Notes: generated by a model from the sequence alone, not told the origin. 64,000 nucleotides of DNA from Gemmatimonadaceae bacterium (GCA_040901985.1 JBBDYC010000003.1:42323-106322), one strand, 5' to 3'. Numbered from the stretch's first letter, positions 41,692-52,307 are shown. Numbers and translations are program-made.

Positions 41692-42891
41692 ATGGGAAGA
41701 CGACGCCTTGCCTCCACCGCGCTCCGGCTTGCGATGGCCGTCAGCACCGCCGCCATTGCGGTGGCGCCTCCGTCGCGCCTCGATGCACAGCTGACCGAGC
41801 GCGTCCGCGCCCGCGCACTCGGCGTTGCACCGGGCATCTTCCCGACCGGCGCGCACAATGCCATCACCGACGTGATCGGCGTGCGCGTCGGGCAGGTGAC
41901 GTTGCGCGAGGGCGAGACGGTGCGCACCGGCGTGACCGCCATCCTGCCGCACGGCGGCAACGTGTATCGGGCGCGTGTGCCGGCCGCCCTGCACGTGGGG
42001 AACGGGTTCGGCAAGTTCATCGGCGGTACGCAACTCGCCGAGTTGGGCGAGCTCGAGACGCCGATTGTGCTCACCTGCACCCTCTGCGTCTGGAAGGCCG
42101 CCGACGCGATGGCGGCGTGGATGCTCGAGCAGCCGGGGATGGAGCAGGTGCGCTCGATCAATCCGGTGGTGGGCGAGACGAACGATGGGGCGCTCAACGA
42201 CATTCGCGCGCGCCCGGTCACGGCGGGCGACGTCCGCCGGGCGCTCGACGCCGCGGCCGACGGGCCGGTGGAGGAGGGAAGCGTCGGCGCGGGCACGGGT
42301 ACGAGCGCGTTTGGGTGGAAGGGCGGCATTGGGACCTCGTCGCGCGTCCTGCCGGCCGCACTCGGCGGCTGGACGGTGGGCGTGCTCGTGCAGAGCAACT
42401 TCGGCGGCGTGCTGCAGGTGCTCGGGGCGCCAGTGGGCCGCGAGCTCGGGCGCTTCGCGTTCCAGCGCGCGGTGTCGGTGGACGATCGCGGCGACGGGTC
42501 GGTGATCATCGTCATCGCGACCGACGCGCCGGTCGGCGACCGCAACCTCGGCCGGGTGGCGGCACGGGCGATGATGGGATTGGGCCGCACGGGGAGCTCG
42601 GCGTCCAACGGCAGCGGCGACTACGCGCTCGCGTTCTCGACCGCGGAGTCGGTGCGGCGGGCCTACGATGCGCGGCGGCTCGTCACGACCGAGCTGGCCA
42701 ACGAGGAGATGAGCGCCGTGTTCCAGGCGACGGTAGAGGCGGTCGAGGAGGCGATCTACAACTCGCTCTTCATGGCGACGACGGTGACGGGGAACGGCCG
42801 GAGCGTCGAGGCGATCCCGCTGGACCGGGTGCGGGAGATTCTCGCGCGGTACGGGATCCCTAGGCGTGACGACCGCGACTCGCCTCGGTGA
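41692..42891 (+). CDS. P1/S58 DmpA-family aminopeptidase (secreted)
   Basis: NAITDV.GVRVG, RTGVT, GETNDG, GAGTG, KGGIG, DG-SVII autoproteolysis site and NGSGD. Confidence 0.88.
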   Translation: MGRRRLASTALRLAMAVSTAAIAVAPPSRLDAQLTERVRARALGVAPGIFPTGAHNAITDVIGVRVGQVTLREGETVRTGVTAILPHGGNVYRARVPAALHVGNGFGKFIGGTQLAELGELETPIVLTCTLCVWKAADAMAAWMLEQPGMEQVRSINPVVGETNDGALNDIRARPVTAGDVRRALDAAADGPVEEGSVGAGTGTSAFGWKGGIGTSSRVLPAALGGWTVGVLVQSNFGGVLQVLGAPVGRELGRFAFQRAVSVDDRGDGSVIIVIATDAPVGDRNLGRVAARAMMGLGRTGSSASNGSGDYALAFSTAESVRRAYDARRLVTTELANEEMSAVFQATVEAVEEAIYNSLFMATTVTGNGRSVEAIPLDRVREILARYGIPRRDDRDSPR

Positions 42892-42909
42892 GCCGCGCTG
42901 GCCGACGCT

Positions 42910-43359
42910 TCACTTGGTGGTCGCGGCCCGTCCGGTGATCTCGTCCACGTGGATGCGAAAGAGGATCGCGCGCTCGGGGAGCGGGTCGTCGGGCGTCAGG
43001 GTCTCGGGGATGAGCGTGCGCAAAAGCCGGACGCCCTTTTGGTAGACCGCCTGCTCCACCTTGCTGCCCTCGGGCCGCAGCAGGTAGATCCCGCCCTTCA
43101 CGACCACCGATTCCCACTCAAAGAGCCCGCGCACGTCGTCCACCTCGAACGCCACCCAGCGGTTGTGGCTGGCGAGCTCGAGCTTGGTCCCGGCCGCGGT
43201 GCGGCCGTAGAGCCAGCCGTCGTCGTACACGTAGTGGATCGGGACGATTTCCACACGGTCCCGATGGGCCAGCGCCAGGCGACCGACGTTGTGCCGGGCC
43301 AGCAGGGCCTGGCACGCCGCCGAGTCGAGTTCGTGGAAGGTCGGTCGAGGCGTTCCCAT
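42910..43359 (-). CDS. Pyridoxamine 5'-phosphate oxidase-like FMN-binding protein
   Basis: VGRLAL, VPIHY, GTK, VAFEVD, WESVVVKG and ITGR. Confidence 0.82.
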   Translation of the reverse strand: MGTPRPTFHELDSAACQALLARHNVGRLALAHRDRVEIVPIHYVYDDGWLYGRTAAGTKLELASHNRWVAFEVDDVRGLFEWESVVVKGGIYLLRPEGSKVEQAVYQKGVRLLRTLIPETLTPDDPLPERAILFRIHVDEITGRAATTK

Positions 43360-43375
43360 CGGACGGTCTCCGGGA

Positions 43376-44524
43376 TCAGCGACTGAGCGCACGGTAGGCC
43401 TGCAGCACGCGGTCGAGCGCCTCCTCAGGCGTCGCCCCGTCGGCGGAGAGATGCCCCATCTTCCGCCCCCGACGCGCCTCGCGCTTCCCGTAGAGATGCA
43501 CCCGGACGCCGGGAATCGCCAGCGCGCGCGTGAAGTCTGGCGCGGCGGGCTCCCAGAGATCGCCGAGCAGGTTGTGGATCGCCGCCGGCCGCACGACCTC
43601 CACCGCGCCGAGCGGGAGATGGCAGATCGCGCGCACCAGTTGCTCGAACTGGCTCGTTGGATGCGCGCGCTCGGAGTGGTGATAGGTGTTGTGCGGTCGC
43701 GGCGCGAGCTCGTTCACCAGGAGGGTGTCGTCGCCGAGGATGAACAGCTCCACCGCGAGTAGCCCGACGACGCCGAGGCGCTCGGCGATCTCCCGCGCGA
43801 GGTCCTGTGCGCGGGCGGCCAGCTGGGGGGCGATGCCCGACGGCGTCACCGCCCAGGTGAGCACGCCATCGGTGTGCAGGTTGCGCGACGGAGGGTAGGC
43901 GACGCTGACGCCGTCGGCGCGCCGGGCGACGAGCACCGAGATCTCGGTGGCGATGTCGAGGAAGGACTCGACGACACAGACCGGGGCGCCAAGGCGCGCG
44001 AATGCCGCGCGCGCGTCAGCGGCCGTTCGCACGCGGCACTGTCCGCGGCCGTCGTAGCCGCCCATCGCGCTCTTCACGATGCTCGGCCCGAGCCGCCCGA
44101 CGGCCAGGCCGGCGCCGTCGGCGTCGATGACGACCTCGAACGCGCCGAGCGGAAAACGGTGCTCACGCAGCCACGCCTTCTGCCGCGCGCGCTCCTGCAC
44201 CGTCACCACCGGCTCGACACCCGGGTGGAGCGGCGCGACGCGGGCCGCCGCCTCGAGCGATTGCCGGGGAATCTGCTCGATCTCGAGCGTGACCACCGCG
44301 CAGCCCTCGGCGAGCCGGGCGGCGGCCTTGTCGTCATCCCACGGTGCGGTGATTGTCGTGGTGGCGACGCCGCGCGCTGGGCAGTCCTTGTCCGGGTCGA
44401 GCACGCGCACGTCGTAGCCAAGCGTGCGGGCGGCCATCGCCGCCATCCGGCCGAGCTGGCCGCCGCCGAGGAATCCGATCGTGGCGCCCGGGAGGACTCC
44501 CGCCGGCGCCGCCCCGCCGGTCAC
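43376..44524 (-). CDS. purK: N5-carboxyaminoimidazole ribonucleotide synthase
   Basis: [30 protein letters not shown] and HLYGK...GRKMGH. GTG overlaps the purE stop. Confidence 0.94.
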   Translation of the reverse strand: MTGGAAPAGVLPGATIGFLGGGQLGRMAAMAARTLGYDVRVLDPDKDCPARGVATTTITAPWDDDKAAARLAEGCAVVTLEIEQIPRQSLEAAARVAPLHPGVEPVVTVQERARQKAWLREHRFPLGAFEVVIDADGAGLAVGRLGPSIVKSAMGGYDGRGQCRVRTAADARAAFARLGAPVCVVESFLDIATEISVLVARRADGVSVAYPPSRNLHTDGVLTWAVTPSGIAPQLAARAQDLAREIAERLGVVGLLAVELFILGDDTLLVNELAPRPHNTYHHSERAHPTSQFEQLVRAICHLPLGAVEVVRPAAIHNLLGDLWEPAAPDFTRALAIPGVRVHLYGKREARRGRKMGHLSADGATPEEALDRVLQAYRALSR

Positions 44525-45015
44525 GGGAGGGTCTGGGCGCGCACGTCGGCGGCGCGGCTGGCACGCCACGCGCGGAGTTTTTCGCGGACCTCGGGCCGGT
44601 GCGTGCCGACGATCTCCGCGGCGAGGATTGCCGCGTTGGTCGCGCCTGGCTTGCCGATGGCCAGCGTGCCGACGGGCACGCCGGCCGGCATCTGGACGAT
44701 GCTGAGCAGCGCGTCGAGGCCGTTGAGCGACGTTGCCGGCACGGGGACCCCGAGCACCGGGACGAGCGTCTTGGCGGCGACCATCCCCGGGAGGTGCGCG
44801 GCGCCGCCGGCCGCCGCGATGATCACCATCAGCCCGCGCCGCTCGGCCCCGGCGGCGTAGTCGAACATCTCGTCGGGCGTGCGGTGCGCCGAGACCACCT
44901 TGGCCTCGTACGGTATGCCGAGATGCGCGAGCAGCTCGCAGGCCGGCGCGAGAAACTCGTAGTCGGACTTCGAGCCCATAATGACGCCGACGAGGGGATC
45001 GCTGGACGCGGTCAT
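44521..45015 (-). CDS. purE: N5-CAIR mutase
   Basis: [22 protein letters not shown] and [11 protein letters not shown]. Confidence 0.97.
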   Translation of the reverse strand: MTASSDPLVGVIMGSKSDYEFLAPACELLAHLGIPYEAKVVSAHRTPDEMFDYAAGAERRGLMVIIAAAGGAAHLPGMVAAKTLVPVLGVPVPATSLNGLDALLSIVQMPAGVPVGTLAIGKPGATNAAILAAEIVGTHRPEVREKLRAWRASRAADVRAQTLP

Positions 45016-45031
45016 AGGGGAAATATGGGCG

Positions 45032-45547
45032 TCAGGCGTCGCCGTTCGCCATTGCGATGAGCGCGCGCACGGTGTTGAGGTTTCGCCCCGTGCCGATGTC
45101 GGCGAGCGGCGTCCGGAGTCTCGACTTCCCCATCCCGTCGGGATAGTGGATGTAGAGTTCGCGGCCGATCAGCGTGAGACGTTCCTTCCCCGGGATCCTC
45201 ACGGCCTTGAGCGACGACTTTGGCGGCGCCTCGTCGAGGAAGATCACGAGGAGATAGCCCGGCGGCGCGTCAGGGAAGGGGTTCCGCCGCTCAACGGCTT
45301 CCAGCTCGGCGAGCGAGCGGACCAGGACGCGGCAGGGCTTCCCCAACCGCCTGAGCAGGGCCTTCTCGAGCCTGGCCTTGATTGCGGCGCTCGCGAGCGG
45401 ACTCGCGCCCACCACATTCCCACTGGCGATGTAGGTGCGGACGGCCTTGAGGCCGGCCTTCGCGCAAAGCGCGCGCAACTCCGCCATCGGGAGCTTGCCG
45501 GTGCCGCCCACATTCACGGCACGGAGGAGGGCGATATGGGTCGGGAT
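45032..45547 (-). CDS. DUF1697-family protein (start codon position reads ATC)
   Basis: In-frame [24 protein letters not shown] and TGRNLNTV. Homology extends upstream of the track's GTG (45517) to an ATC at 45547. Confidence 0.75.
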   Translation of the reverse strand: MPTHIALLRAVNVGGTGKLPMAELRALCAKAGLKAVRTYIASGNVVGASPLASAAIKARLEKALLRRLGKPCRVLVRSLAELEAVERRNPFPDAPPGYLLVIFLDEAPPKSSLKAVRIPGKERLTLIGRELYIHYPDGMGKSRLRTPLADIGTGRNLNTVRALIAMANGDA

Positions 45548-45550
45548 AAG

Positions 45551-45623
45551 CTCCCGCGACAGGACTCGAACCTGTGACCCGGTGATTAACAGTCACCTGC
45601 TCTACCAACTGAGCTACGCGGGA
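45551..45623 (-). tRNA. tRNA-Asn (GTT)
   Basis: Acceptor TCCCGCG/CGCGGGA, anticodon arm GGTGA-CTGTTAA-TCACC, T arm ACAGG-TTCGAGT-CCTGT. CCA not encoded. Confidence 0.96.
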
Positions 45624-45681
45624 AGGAACGCGCAATCTAACCCGTCCGCGCACCGCCCTTCAAGGCTCGACGTGATCTTGG

Positions 45682-45960
45682 CTACTTCTTGTTGCGGCGC
45701 GTTGCGGCGACGGCAATGGCGGTGCCGACCACGACGACGGCGGCCGCCGCCGCCCGCACCCGCTTGTTCTTGCTCGCCGCGACCACGGCGTCCTTCGCCC
45801 GGCCGCCAGCCGCCCGGACCTTCGTGCCGGCGCGCGACGCCGCGGCCTTGGCACCCCGGAGTGCGCCGCGCGCGCTACGCTTGGCGCTGTTCTTCGTGGC
45901 CTTCGCCTTCCGGACCGCTTTTCTCGTGGCGCGGGACGCCTTCTGCATTGTGCTGGCCAT
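45682..45960 (-). CDS. Small Lys/Arg/Ala-rich protein with C-terminal membrane anchor
   Basis: SD CAGGAG before ATG 45960; very basic body; AAAAAVVVVGTAIAVAA followed by TRRNKK. Confidence 0.7.
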   Translation of the reverse strand: MASTMQKASRATRKAVRKAKATKNSAKRSARGALRGAKAAASRAGTKVRAAGGRAKDAVVAASKNKRVRAAAAAVVVVGTAIAVAATRRNKK

Positions 45961-46006
45961 CGGTGGTTGCTCCTGAGTGGAAAGTGGGGCGATGTGCTGC
46001 GTTCTC

Positions 46007-48844
46007 CTACCCGCCTGTCGCGCCAACGGATGCGCGAGCGCGGTCCACCAGCAGCGGGCCGAGGAATCGGCCGGTGTGCGACCCGGCGACCTTCACGACT
46101 GTCTCGGGCGTGCCCATCGCCACCACCCGTCCGCCGCCGTCGCCTCCATCGGGGCCGAGGTCCACGATCCAGTCGGCGCGCTTGATGACGTCGAGGTTGT
46201 GCTCGATCAGGATCACCGTGTGACCGGCGTCCACCAGCCGGTCGAGCACACCGCAGAGCACCTCGATGTCCTGCAGGTGCAGGCCGGTGGTCGGTTCGTC
46301 GAGGATGTAGAGCTTCTTGCCGCCCTTCTTCGCGGCCAGGGCGAGTTCACGCGCGATCTTGAGTCGCTGCGACTCGCCGCCGGAGAGAGTCGTCGCCGGC
46401 TGTCCGAGGCGGAGGTAGCCGAGCCCGACCTGCTGCACCTGCCAGAGCGCCTGGCCGAGCCGCTCCTCCCTGGGAAAGAAGCGAATGGCCTCGTCCACCG
46501 TCATCTCGAGGACGTCGGTGATCCGCTTCCCGCGGTACGTCACCTCGAGCACGGCCGGCTTGTAGCGCGACCCGCCGCAGGTCTCGCAGGGCACGAAGAC
46601 GTCGGCCATGAAGACCATCTCCACCTCCAGCGCCCCCGCGCCCTCGCACGTCTCGCAGCGGCCGCCCTTCACGTTGAACGAGAAGGTGCCCGGCGTGTAG
46701 CGGCGCTGCCTCGCGAGCGGCACCTCGGCGAAGATCCGCCGGATCTCGTCGAACGCCTTCACGTAGGTCACCGGATTGGAGCGCGGCGAGCGGCCGATCG
46801 GCTCCTGGTCCACCAACACGACCTCGTCGAGCGCCTCCCAGCCGGTGAGCGTGCCGTACTCGCCGACGCGTTCGCCGAGGTGCTGGCGCGCGGTGTGCTC
46901 GCCGGTGAGGTGGCGCTCGAGTGCCCGAAAGAGGACGTCGTGGATGAGGGTGCTCTTGCCGCTCCCCGAGACGCCGGTCACGCAAGTGAGCGCGGCGAGC
47001 GGGATCCGGGCAGTGGCGTCGCGCAGGTTGTGCTCGCGCGCGTCGGTGATGGTCAGCCACTTGGGGCCGGCGCGGCGGCGCTTCCCCGGCACCGGGACGC
47101 GACGTGCGCCGGTGACGTACTGGCCGGTGAGGGGACTCTGGCCGGCGGTACTCGTCGGACCCGAAAACACGAGTTCGCCCCCCTGCTCGCCGCTCCCCGG
47201 GCCGAGCTCGAGCATCCAGTCCGATAGCCGGATCGCCTCGAGGTCGTGCTCGACCATCAGCACCGTGTTGCCGCTGTCGCGCAGGCGGCCGAGCAGGGCG
47301 AGGAGCCGGCCGAGGTCGCGCGCGTGGAGGCCGATGCTCGGTTCGTCGAGCACGTAGAGGGTGTCCACGAGGCGCGCGCCGAGCGAGTTGGAAAGGCCGA
47401 TCCGCTGGGCCTCGCCGCCAGAGAGGGTGCGCGTCGCGCGGTCGAGCGAGAGGTAGGTGAGCCCGACGTCGCAGAGGAAGGAAATGCGGTCGCGGGCCTC
47501 GCGGAGGATATGCGCGGCGATCTCGCGCTCCCGCTCGCCAAGGGCGAGCGAGTCGAGCCACGGCTTGAGCAGGCCGACAGGCATCGCCGCCACCTCGGCG
47601 ATTGTGCGGCCGTCGACCTTCACGTGCAGGGCATCGGTCTGGAGCCGCGTCCCGCCGCAGGCGCCGCAGCGCTGCGCCGTCTGGTACTGCCGCAGGAAGA
47701 TCCTGATGTACTGCTTGTACTTCTTTGGCTCGAGCGCGACGAGAAAGGGAATCATCCCCACGTACCCCTTGGCCCGTCCGCGGAGGAGCCGCTCGTGCTG
47801 GGCGCGCGGGAGGTCACGCCAGGGGCGGTCCATCGGGATCCCCTCCTTTTGCGCGAACTCGGCGAGGGCGCGGCGCTTGGTGTCGTAGCGTGGCTTGGTC
47901 CAGGGGTCGAGCGCGCCGTCGCGCAGCGACCGCTCGGGGTAGGGGACGATCAGCGCCTCGTCGAACTCGAGCGTGGCCCCGAAGCCGTTGCAGGTCGCAC
48001 AGGCGCCGCGCGGATTGTTGAACGAGAAGAGCTGGGGCGTCGGCGCGGGGGCCACGTGGCCGTCGTCCGGGCAACGAAAGCTCGTGGTGAAGCGATGCCG
48101 CGCCCCGTGCGCGCCCAATCCGTCCCCGGCGACGACGACGGCCTCGCCGTCCCCCTCGCGGAACGCGGTCTCCAGCGCATCGGTGAGGCGCGAGCGCGCG
48201 TCGTCGGTGATGGCGAGGCGGTCGGTCACGACGAGAAGTTCGGTGGCCTTCGCGAGGTCGGGCACCCGGCCGGTGAGTTCGTCGAGGTGGTGCACCGCGC
48301 CGTCGGCGACGATGCGCACGAAGCCCTTGGCCCGGAGGTGTTCGAGGATCCGTGCGTGGGTGAGCTTCGCCGAGCGCGCGAACGGGAACGTGACGTGCAG
48401 CCGCGTCGCCGCCGGAAGCGCGAGGATGAAGTCGGCGGCCGATTCCGGCGAATCGGGGCGCAGCTCGCGGCCACAGACCGGACAGAGCGTCCGCCCGACG
48501 CGCGCCCAGAGCAGGCGCAGGTAATCGTAGATCTCGGTCGCCGTCCCGACGGTCGAGCGCGAGGTGCGGGTCGGATTCTTTTGCTCGATCGCCACGGCGG
48601 GAGAGAGGCCGTCAATGCTGTCCACGTCCGGTTTCGGCATCCGCTCGAGAAACTGGCGGGCGTACGCCGACAGGGACTCGACGTACCGCCGCTGGCCCTC
48701 GGCGTAGATCGTGTCGAACGCGAGGGTGGACTTCCCCGACCCCGACGGACCGGTGATGACGGTGATCGCGCGCCGGGGGAATTCGACCGCGATGTTGCGC
48801 AGGTTGTGCTGGCGCGCGCCGCGGACGACGATGCGGTCTTTCAT
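46007..48844 (-). CDS. uvrA: Excinuclease ABC subunit A
   Basis: GSGKSTLAFDTIYAEGQRRYVES, LSGGEAQRI, GVSGSGKST, LSGGESQR and Zn fingers. Confidence 0.95.
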   Translation of the reverse strand: MKDRIVVRGARQHNLRNIAVEFPRRAITVITGPSGSGKSTLAFDTIYAEGQRRYVESLSAYARQFLERMPKPDVDSIDGLSPAVAIEQKNPTRTSRSTVGTATEIYDYLRLLWARVGRTLCPVCGRELRPDSPESAADFILALPAATRLHVTFPFARSAKLTHARILEHLRAKGFVRIVADGAVHHLDELTGRVPDLAKATELLVVTDRLAITDDARSRLTDALETAFREGDGEAVVVAGDGLGAHGARHRFTTSFRCPDDGHVAPAPTPQLFSFNNPRGACATCNGFGATLEFDEALIVPYPERSLRDGALDPWTKPRYDTKRRALAEFAQKEGIPMDRPWRDLPRAQHERLLRGRAKGYVGMIPFLVALEPKKYKQYIRIFLRQYQTAQRCGACGGTRLQTDALHVKVDGRTIAEVAAMPVGLLKPWLDSLALGEREREIAAHILREARDRISFLCDVGLTYLSLDRATRTLSGGEAQRIGLSNSLGARLVDTLYVLDEPSIGLHARDLGRLLALLGRLRDSGNTVLMVEHDLEAIRLSDWMLELGPGSGEQGGELVFSGPTSTAGQSPLTGQYVTGARRVPVPGKRRRAGPKWLTITDAREHNLRDATARIPLAALTCVTGVSGSGKSTLIHDVLFRALERHLTGEHTARQHLGERVGEYGTLTGWEALDEVVLVDQEPIGRSPRSNPVTYVKAFDEIRRIFAEVPLARQRRYTPGTFSFNVKGGRCETCEGAGALEVEMVFMADVFVPCETCGGSRYKPAVLEVTYRGKRITDVLEMTVDEAIRFFPREERLGQALWQVQQVGLGYLRLGQPATTLSGGESQRLKIARELALAAKKGGKKLYILDEPTTGLHLQDIEVLCGVLDRLVDAGHTVILIEHNLDVIKRADWIVDLGPDGGDGGGRVVAMGTPETVVKVAGSHTGRFLGPLLVDRARASVGATGG

Positions 48845-48921
48845 CGAGGGGGAAAGTTAAGCCGGGGGTGGCGCGCGCGGTGGTCGCCGTGCGAGCTTGC
48901 GGCGACCCTTTGGAGGCCGGT

Positions 48922-50058
48922 ATGGCGCGTTTCGCCCCGTCGTTCCCACACCGTCTCGCCTCAGCCGCCGTTTGCGGCGCGCTCGCGCTGCCGGCGGCTG
49001 CGCAGGCCCAGCCACCCGCCGCCAACCGGCCGACGATGTCGTTCGAGGAGTACGACCCGGCGTCAATGCTCAGGGTGCCGGGGGCGCCGGTCGTGCGCGC
49101 GCGCTTTCCGTTCATTGATGTCCACAACCACCAGCGCCGGCACACCGACTCCACCGTCACGGCGCTGGTCGGCCAGATGGACGCGCTCAACATGGCGGTG
49201 CTGGTGAACCTGAGCGGGGGCAGCGGCGACGCGCTGCGCGCCAACGTGGCCACGCTGAAGGCCCGCTACCCGAGCCGGTTTGCCGTCTTCGCCAACCTGA
49301 GCTTCCAGGGGATTGACGATCCGGCGTGGGGCCGCAATGCCGCGGCGCAACTCGAACGCGACGTCCGCGAGGGAGGCGCCCAGGGGCTCAAGATCTTCAA
49401 GAACCTCGGGATGGACCTGCGCGACGGCGCCGGTCGCCGCATTCCCACCAATGACCCGCGGTTCGACCCGGTCTGGGCCAAGGCGGGCGAGCTCGGCATC
49501 CCGGTGTTGATCCACACGGCGGAGCCGCCGGCCTTTTTCCTTCCGGTGGACAAGCGCAACGAGCGGTGGCTCGAGCTGACGCTCTTCCCCGGCCGCGCGC
49601 GGCCGCCCGACCGATATCCGTCGTTCGACTCGCTGATGGCCGAGCAGCACGCGGTGTTTCGCCGGCATCGCAACACGACGTTCATCAATGCCCACCTCGG
49701 CTGGTACGGCCAGGACCTGGCGCGCCTCGGCCAGCTGATGGACGAGTTGCCGAATATGGTGACCGAACTCGGCGCGGTGATCTACGAACCGGCGCGGCAG
49801 CCGCGGGTCGCCCGCGCGTTCTTCATCAAGTACCAGGGCCGGATCCTGATGGGAAAGGATTCGTGGGTCCCCGCCGAGTACGGCACGTACTTCCGCGTCC
49901 TCGAAACGGCGGACGATTATTTCCCGTACCACAAGAAGTACCACGCGTTCTGGCCGATGTACGGACTCGACCTGCCGGACTCGGTGCTGCGCAAGGTGTA
50001 CTTCGAGAACGCCCTGCGCGTCGTCCCCGGGCTCGACCGGTCGCTCTTTCCGCGCTGA
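48922..50058 (+). CDS. Secreted amidohydrolase_2-family protein
   Basis: SD GGAGG; signal peptide; IDVHNH, GLKIFK, PVLIH, NAH and GKD. Confidence 0.82.
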   Translation: MARFAPSFPHRLASAAVCGALALPAAAQAQPPAANRPTMSFEEYDPASMLRVPGAPVVRARFPFIDVHNHQRRHTDSTVTALVGQMDALNMAVLVNLSGGSGDALRANVATLKARYPSRFAVFANLSFQGIDDPAWGRNAAAQLERDVREGGAQGLKIFKNLGMDLRDGAGRRIPTNDPRFDPVWAKAGELGIPVLIHTAEPPAFFLPVDKRNERWLELTLFPGRARPPDRYPSFDSLMAEQHAVFRRHRNTTFINAHLGWYGQDLARLGQLMDELPNMVTELGAVIYEPARQPRVARAFFIKYQGRILMGKDSWVPAEYGTYFRVLETADDYFPYHKKYHAFWPMYGLDLPDSVLRKVYFENALRVVPGLDRSLFPR

Positions 50059-50139
50059 GGCGCGGCGAACCCGTATGCGCCGCTTTCGAACGCGCAAGTG
50101 CGAGAGCGGCGCGCGATGTTCTGGGCGTGCGCACGACGC

Positions 50140-50168
50140 TTGCCGACCCCCCGGAGCCCCGGTAGTTT
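50140..50168 (+). promoter_or_regulatory. Sigma70-type promoter of the FHA-PP2C operon
   Basis: TTGCCG-N17-TAGTTT, ending 10 nt before ATG 50179. Confidence 0.6.
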
Positions 50169-50178
50169 CCGACCACTG

Positions 50179-51552
50179 ATGCCCTACTTGCAGCTGCAGG
50201 ACCGGCAAATCCCGCTTCCCTCCGGCGAGGCGACGATCGGGGCCTTTGACGGCGCCGTGGTGCGGCTGCCGACTGGTGACCCCGGTCACCGGGCGGTGAT
50301 TGTCTCTGGGCCGAGCGGCGTGATCATCCGACGCGGCTCGGCCGACGCCGTCGTGATGGTGAACGGCGTGCAGCTGGGTGGGGAACCGAGCCCGCTCCTG
50401 CACGGCGACCGGATCGAGCTGGCCGGGCACGAGCTCCGACTCGGCGATGACCAGAAGGTCGGCAGCACGCAGTTCGTCAGCGCGGCGGACGTGGCCGCGA
50501 TGGTGGCCGCGGGCAAGCCGGCCGGAGCGCCGAAGAAGCCGACGACCGCCACCGGCGGGCGGCTGGTGTCGCTGATGGATGGGCGCGAGTACGCGGTGCC
50601 CGACACCGGAATAAGCTTCGGGCGCGAGGTCGGGAACGACGTGGTGCTCGCGTCCAACGAGGTGTCGCGCAAGCACGCCTCGATCGCGCCGGCCAACAAC
50701 GGATACGTCCTCAGCGACCACAGTACGAACGGGGTCTGGGTGAATGGGTTGCGCGTCGCCCAGTCGCAGGTACTCGGCCGCGGCGACGTGATCAAGATGG
50801 GCACGGAGGAGTTCCGCTTCTACGCGGACGTGGCCAAGGCGGCGCCGGTCGCCCCCGCACCAGCGTCGGCGCCCCCGGCGCCGCCTGCTCCCGCTCCGCC
50901 GCCGCCCGCTCCGGAGAACGCGCCGCCGCCGCCCGCTCCGACTAGCGCTCCGGAGAGCGCTGCACCGTCGCCCGCTGCCGCCCGCACCGTCCGGGTGCCC
51001 CTCGCCACACTCGCGGTGATCGCCGAGGGCCCGCTCAAGGGGATGAAGTTCGAACTGCACTCGGCGCTCACCAACATCGGCCGCGGCGACCACAACGACA
51101 TCGCCATCCGCGACGAGTCCATCTCCGACTCGCACGCCAAGCTCCAGAAGCGCGCCGACGGGTGGTGGATCGTGGACCAGGGCTCGACCAACGGCACCTA
51201 CGTCGGCGGACGGCGCGTCCAAGGCGAGCAGCGACTCGAAGGTGCCCCGGACATCCGATTCGGCGGCATCAAGATGACCTTCCGGCCGATTCAGGCCGGC
51301 GCCGAGGCCGGCGGCTCGACGCGCGCCATCGCCGCCGTGACGCCGGAGGGGGCGCGCCGCTCGATGGCCGCCAAGACGCCGGAGGGAGCGCGCCGCTCGA
51401 CGGCCGCCAAGACGCCTGCCTTGGCCAAGGCGCCGGCGGTCCCCAAGGCGCCGGAAAAGAAGAAGGGCTGCGGCGCGATGATCGCCTTTTTCGTCACGCT
51501 CGTCGGCGCCGGCGCCGGGTTCCTCGCCCTCCTCCTCGTCGCCGGACGTTGA
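50179..51552 (+). CDS. Multi-FHA-domain protein with Pro-rich linker and C-terminal TM anchor
   Basis: Degenerate FHA1; FHA2 GRE...SRKH...STNG; FHA3 GRG...SDSH...STNG; C-terminal hydrophobic helix. Confidence 0.85.
   Translation: MPYLQLQDRQIPLPSGEATIGAFDGAVVRLPTGDPGHRAVIVSGPSGVIIRRGSADAVVMVNGVQLGGEPSPLLHGDRIELAGHELRLGDDQKVGSTQFVSAADVAAMVAAGKPAGAPKKPTTATGGRLVSLMDGREYAVPDTGISFGREVGNDVVLASNEVSRKHASIAPANNGYVLSDHSTNGVWVNGLRVAQSQVLGRGDVIKMGTEEFRFYADVAKAAPVAPAPASAPPAPPAPAPPPPAPENAPPPPAPTSAPESAAPSPAAARTVRVPLATLAVIAEGPLKGMKFELHSALTNIGRGDHNDIAIRDESISDSHAKLQKRADGWWIVDQGSTNGTYVGGRRVQGEQRLEGAPDIRFGGIKMTFRPIQAGAEAGGSTRAIAAVTPEGARRSMAAKTPEGARRSTAAKTPALAKAPAVPKAPEKKKGCGAMIAFFVTLVGAGAGFLALLLVAGR
51340..51416 (+). 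repeat. In-frame 36-bp tandem duplication (TPEGARRS[M/T]AAK x2)
   Basis: ACGCCGGAGGGGGCGCGCCGCTCGATGGCCGCCAAG then ACGCCGGAGGGAGCGCGCCGCTCGACGGCCGCCAAG then ACGCC. Confidence 0.9.
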
Positions 51553-51554
51553 AC

Positions 51555-52307
51555 ATGCAGATCGCGGTAGGCGCCCGGACCGACGTCGGGATGATCCGCT
51601 CCGGCAACGAGGACAACTTCTTTGCCGAGGCGGACGACAAGCGCGGTGTCTTTGTCGTTGCCGACGGGATGGGCGGGCACGCGGCCGGCGAGGTCGCCAG
51701 CGAGATGGCCGTGCAGATCGTCGCCCGCCAGCTCCTCCCGATGTCGTCGGCCAGCGAGGCCGGGGCCGCGGCACTGATGGCCACCTCGCTCCAGGACGCC
51801 AACAAGGCAATCTACGAGCGGATGCTCGCGGAGACCGACAAGCAGGGGATGGGCACGACCGCCTCGGTGATGGTCCTCTCCGATGATGGCTACCTGATCG
51901 GCCAGATCGGCGATTCGCGCGTGTACCTCCTGCGCGACGGAGCGCTCACGCAGCTCACCAAGGACCACTCGTACGTGCAGGAGCAGGTGGACGCGGGGCT
52001 GCTGACGCCGGAGCAGGCGCGCTACCACCCCTACAGCAACGTGATCACGCGTTGCGTGGGGGCGAGCGAGGAGGTCGAGGCCGACATCTACTCGGGCGAG
52101 GCCAAGGTCGGCGACGTGTTCCTCCTCGCCTCCGACGGGTTGACCGGGATGGTGGACGACCGCCGGCTGCAGCAGCTGCTTCTCGCGCGTTCGGGTCCCG
52201 GCCGGATCGTGGATTCGTTGATCGCCGAGGCGAACGGCCGCGGCGGTCTCGACAACATCACCGCGATCGTCATCCAGGTGACCGCACTCGAAGGCGCCGG
52301 TGGCTAA
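51555..52307 (+). CDS. PP2C/Stp1-type Ser/Thr phosphatase
   Basis: TDVG..R..NED, VADGMGGH, GMGTT, IGDSRVY, DHS, SDGL and GGLDNIT. Confidence 0.93.
   Translation: MQIAVGARTDVGMIRSGNEDNFFAEADDKRGVFVVADGMGGHAAGEVASEMAVQIVARQLLPMSSASEAGAAALMATSLQDANKAIYERMLAETDKQGMGTTASVMVLSDDGYLIGQIGDSRVYLLRDGALTQLTKDHSYVQEQVDAGLLTPEQARYHPYSNVITRCVGASEEVEADIYSGEAKVGDVFLLASDGLTGMVDDRRLQQLLLARSGPGRIVDSLIAEANGRGGLDNITAIVIQVTALEGAGG

Noticed and set aside
33952..45623. Genomic island integrated at tRNA-Lys or tRNA-Asn
   Set aside because: No integrase and no duplicated tRNA 3' end seen. The intervening genes include housekeeping functions with host-like codon usage.
50077..50112. 12-bp hairpin after the amidohydrolase gene
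   Set aside because: No U-tract and no second copy noticed, so it cannot be called a terminator or REP element with confidence.
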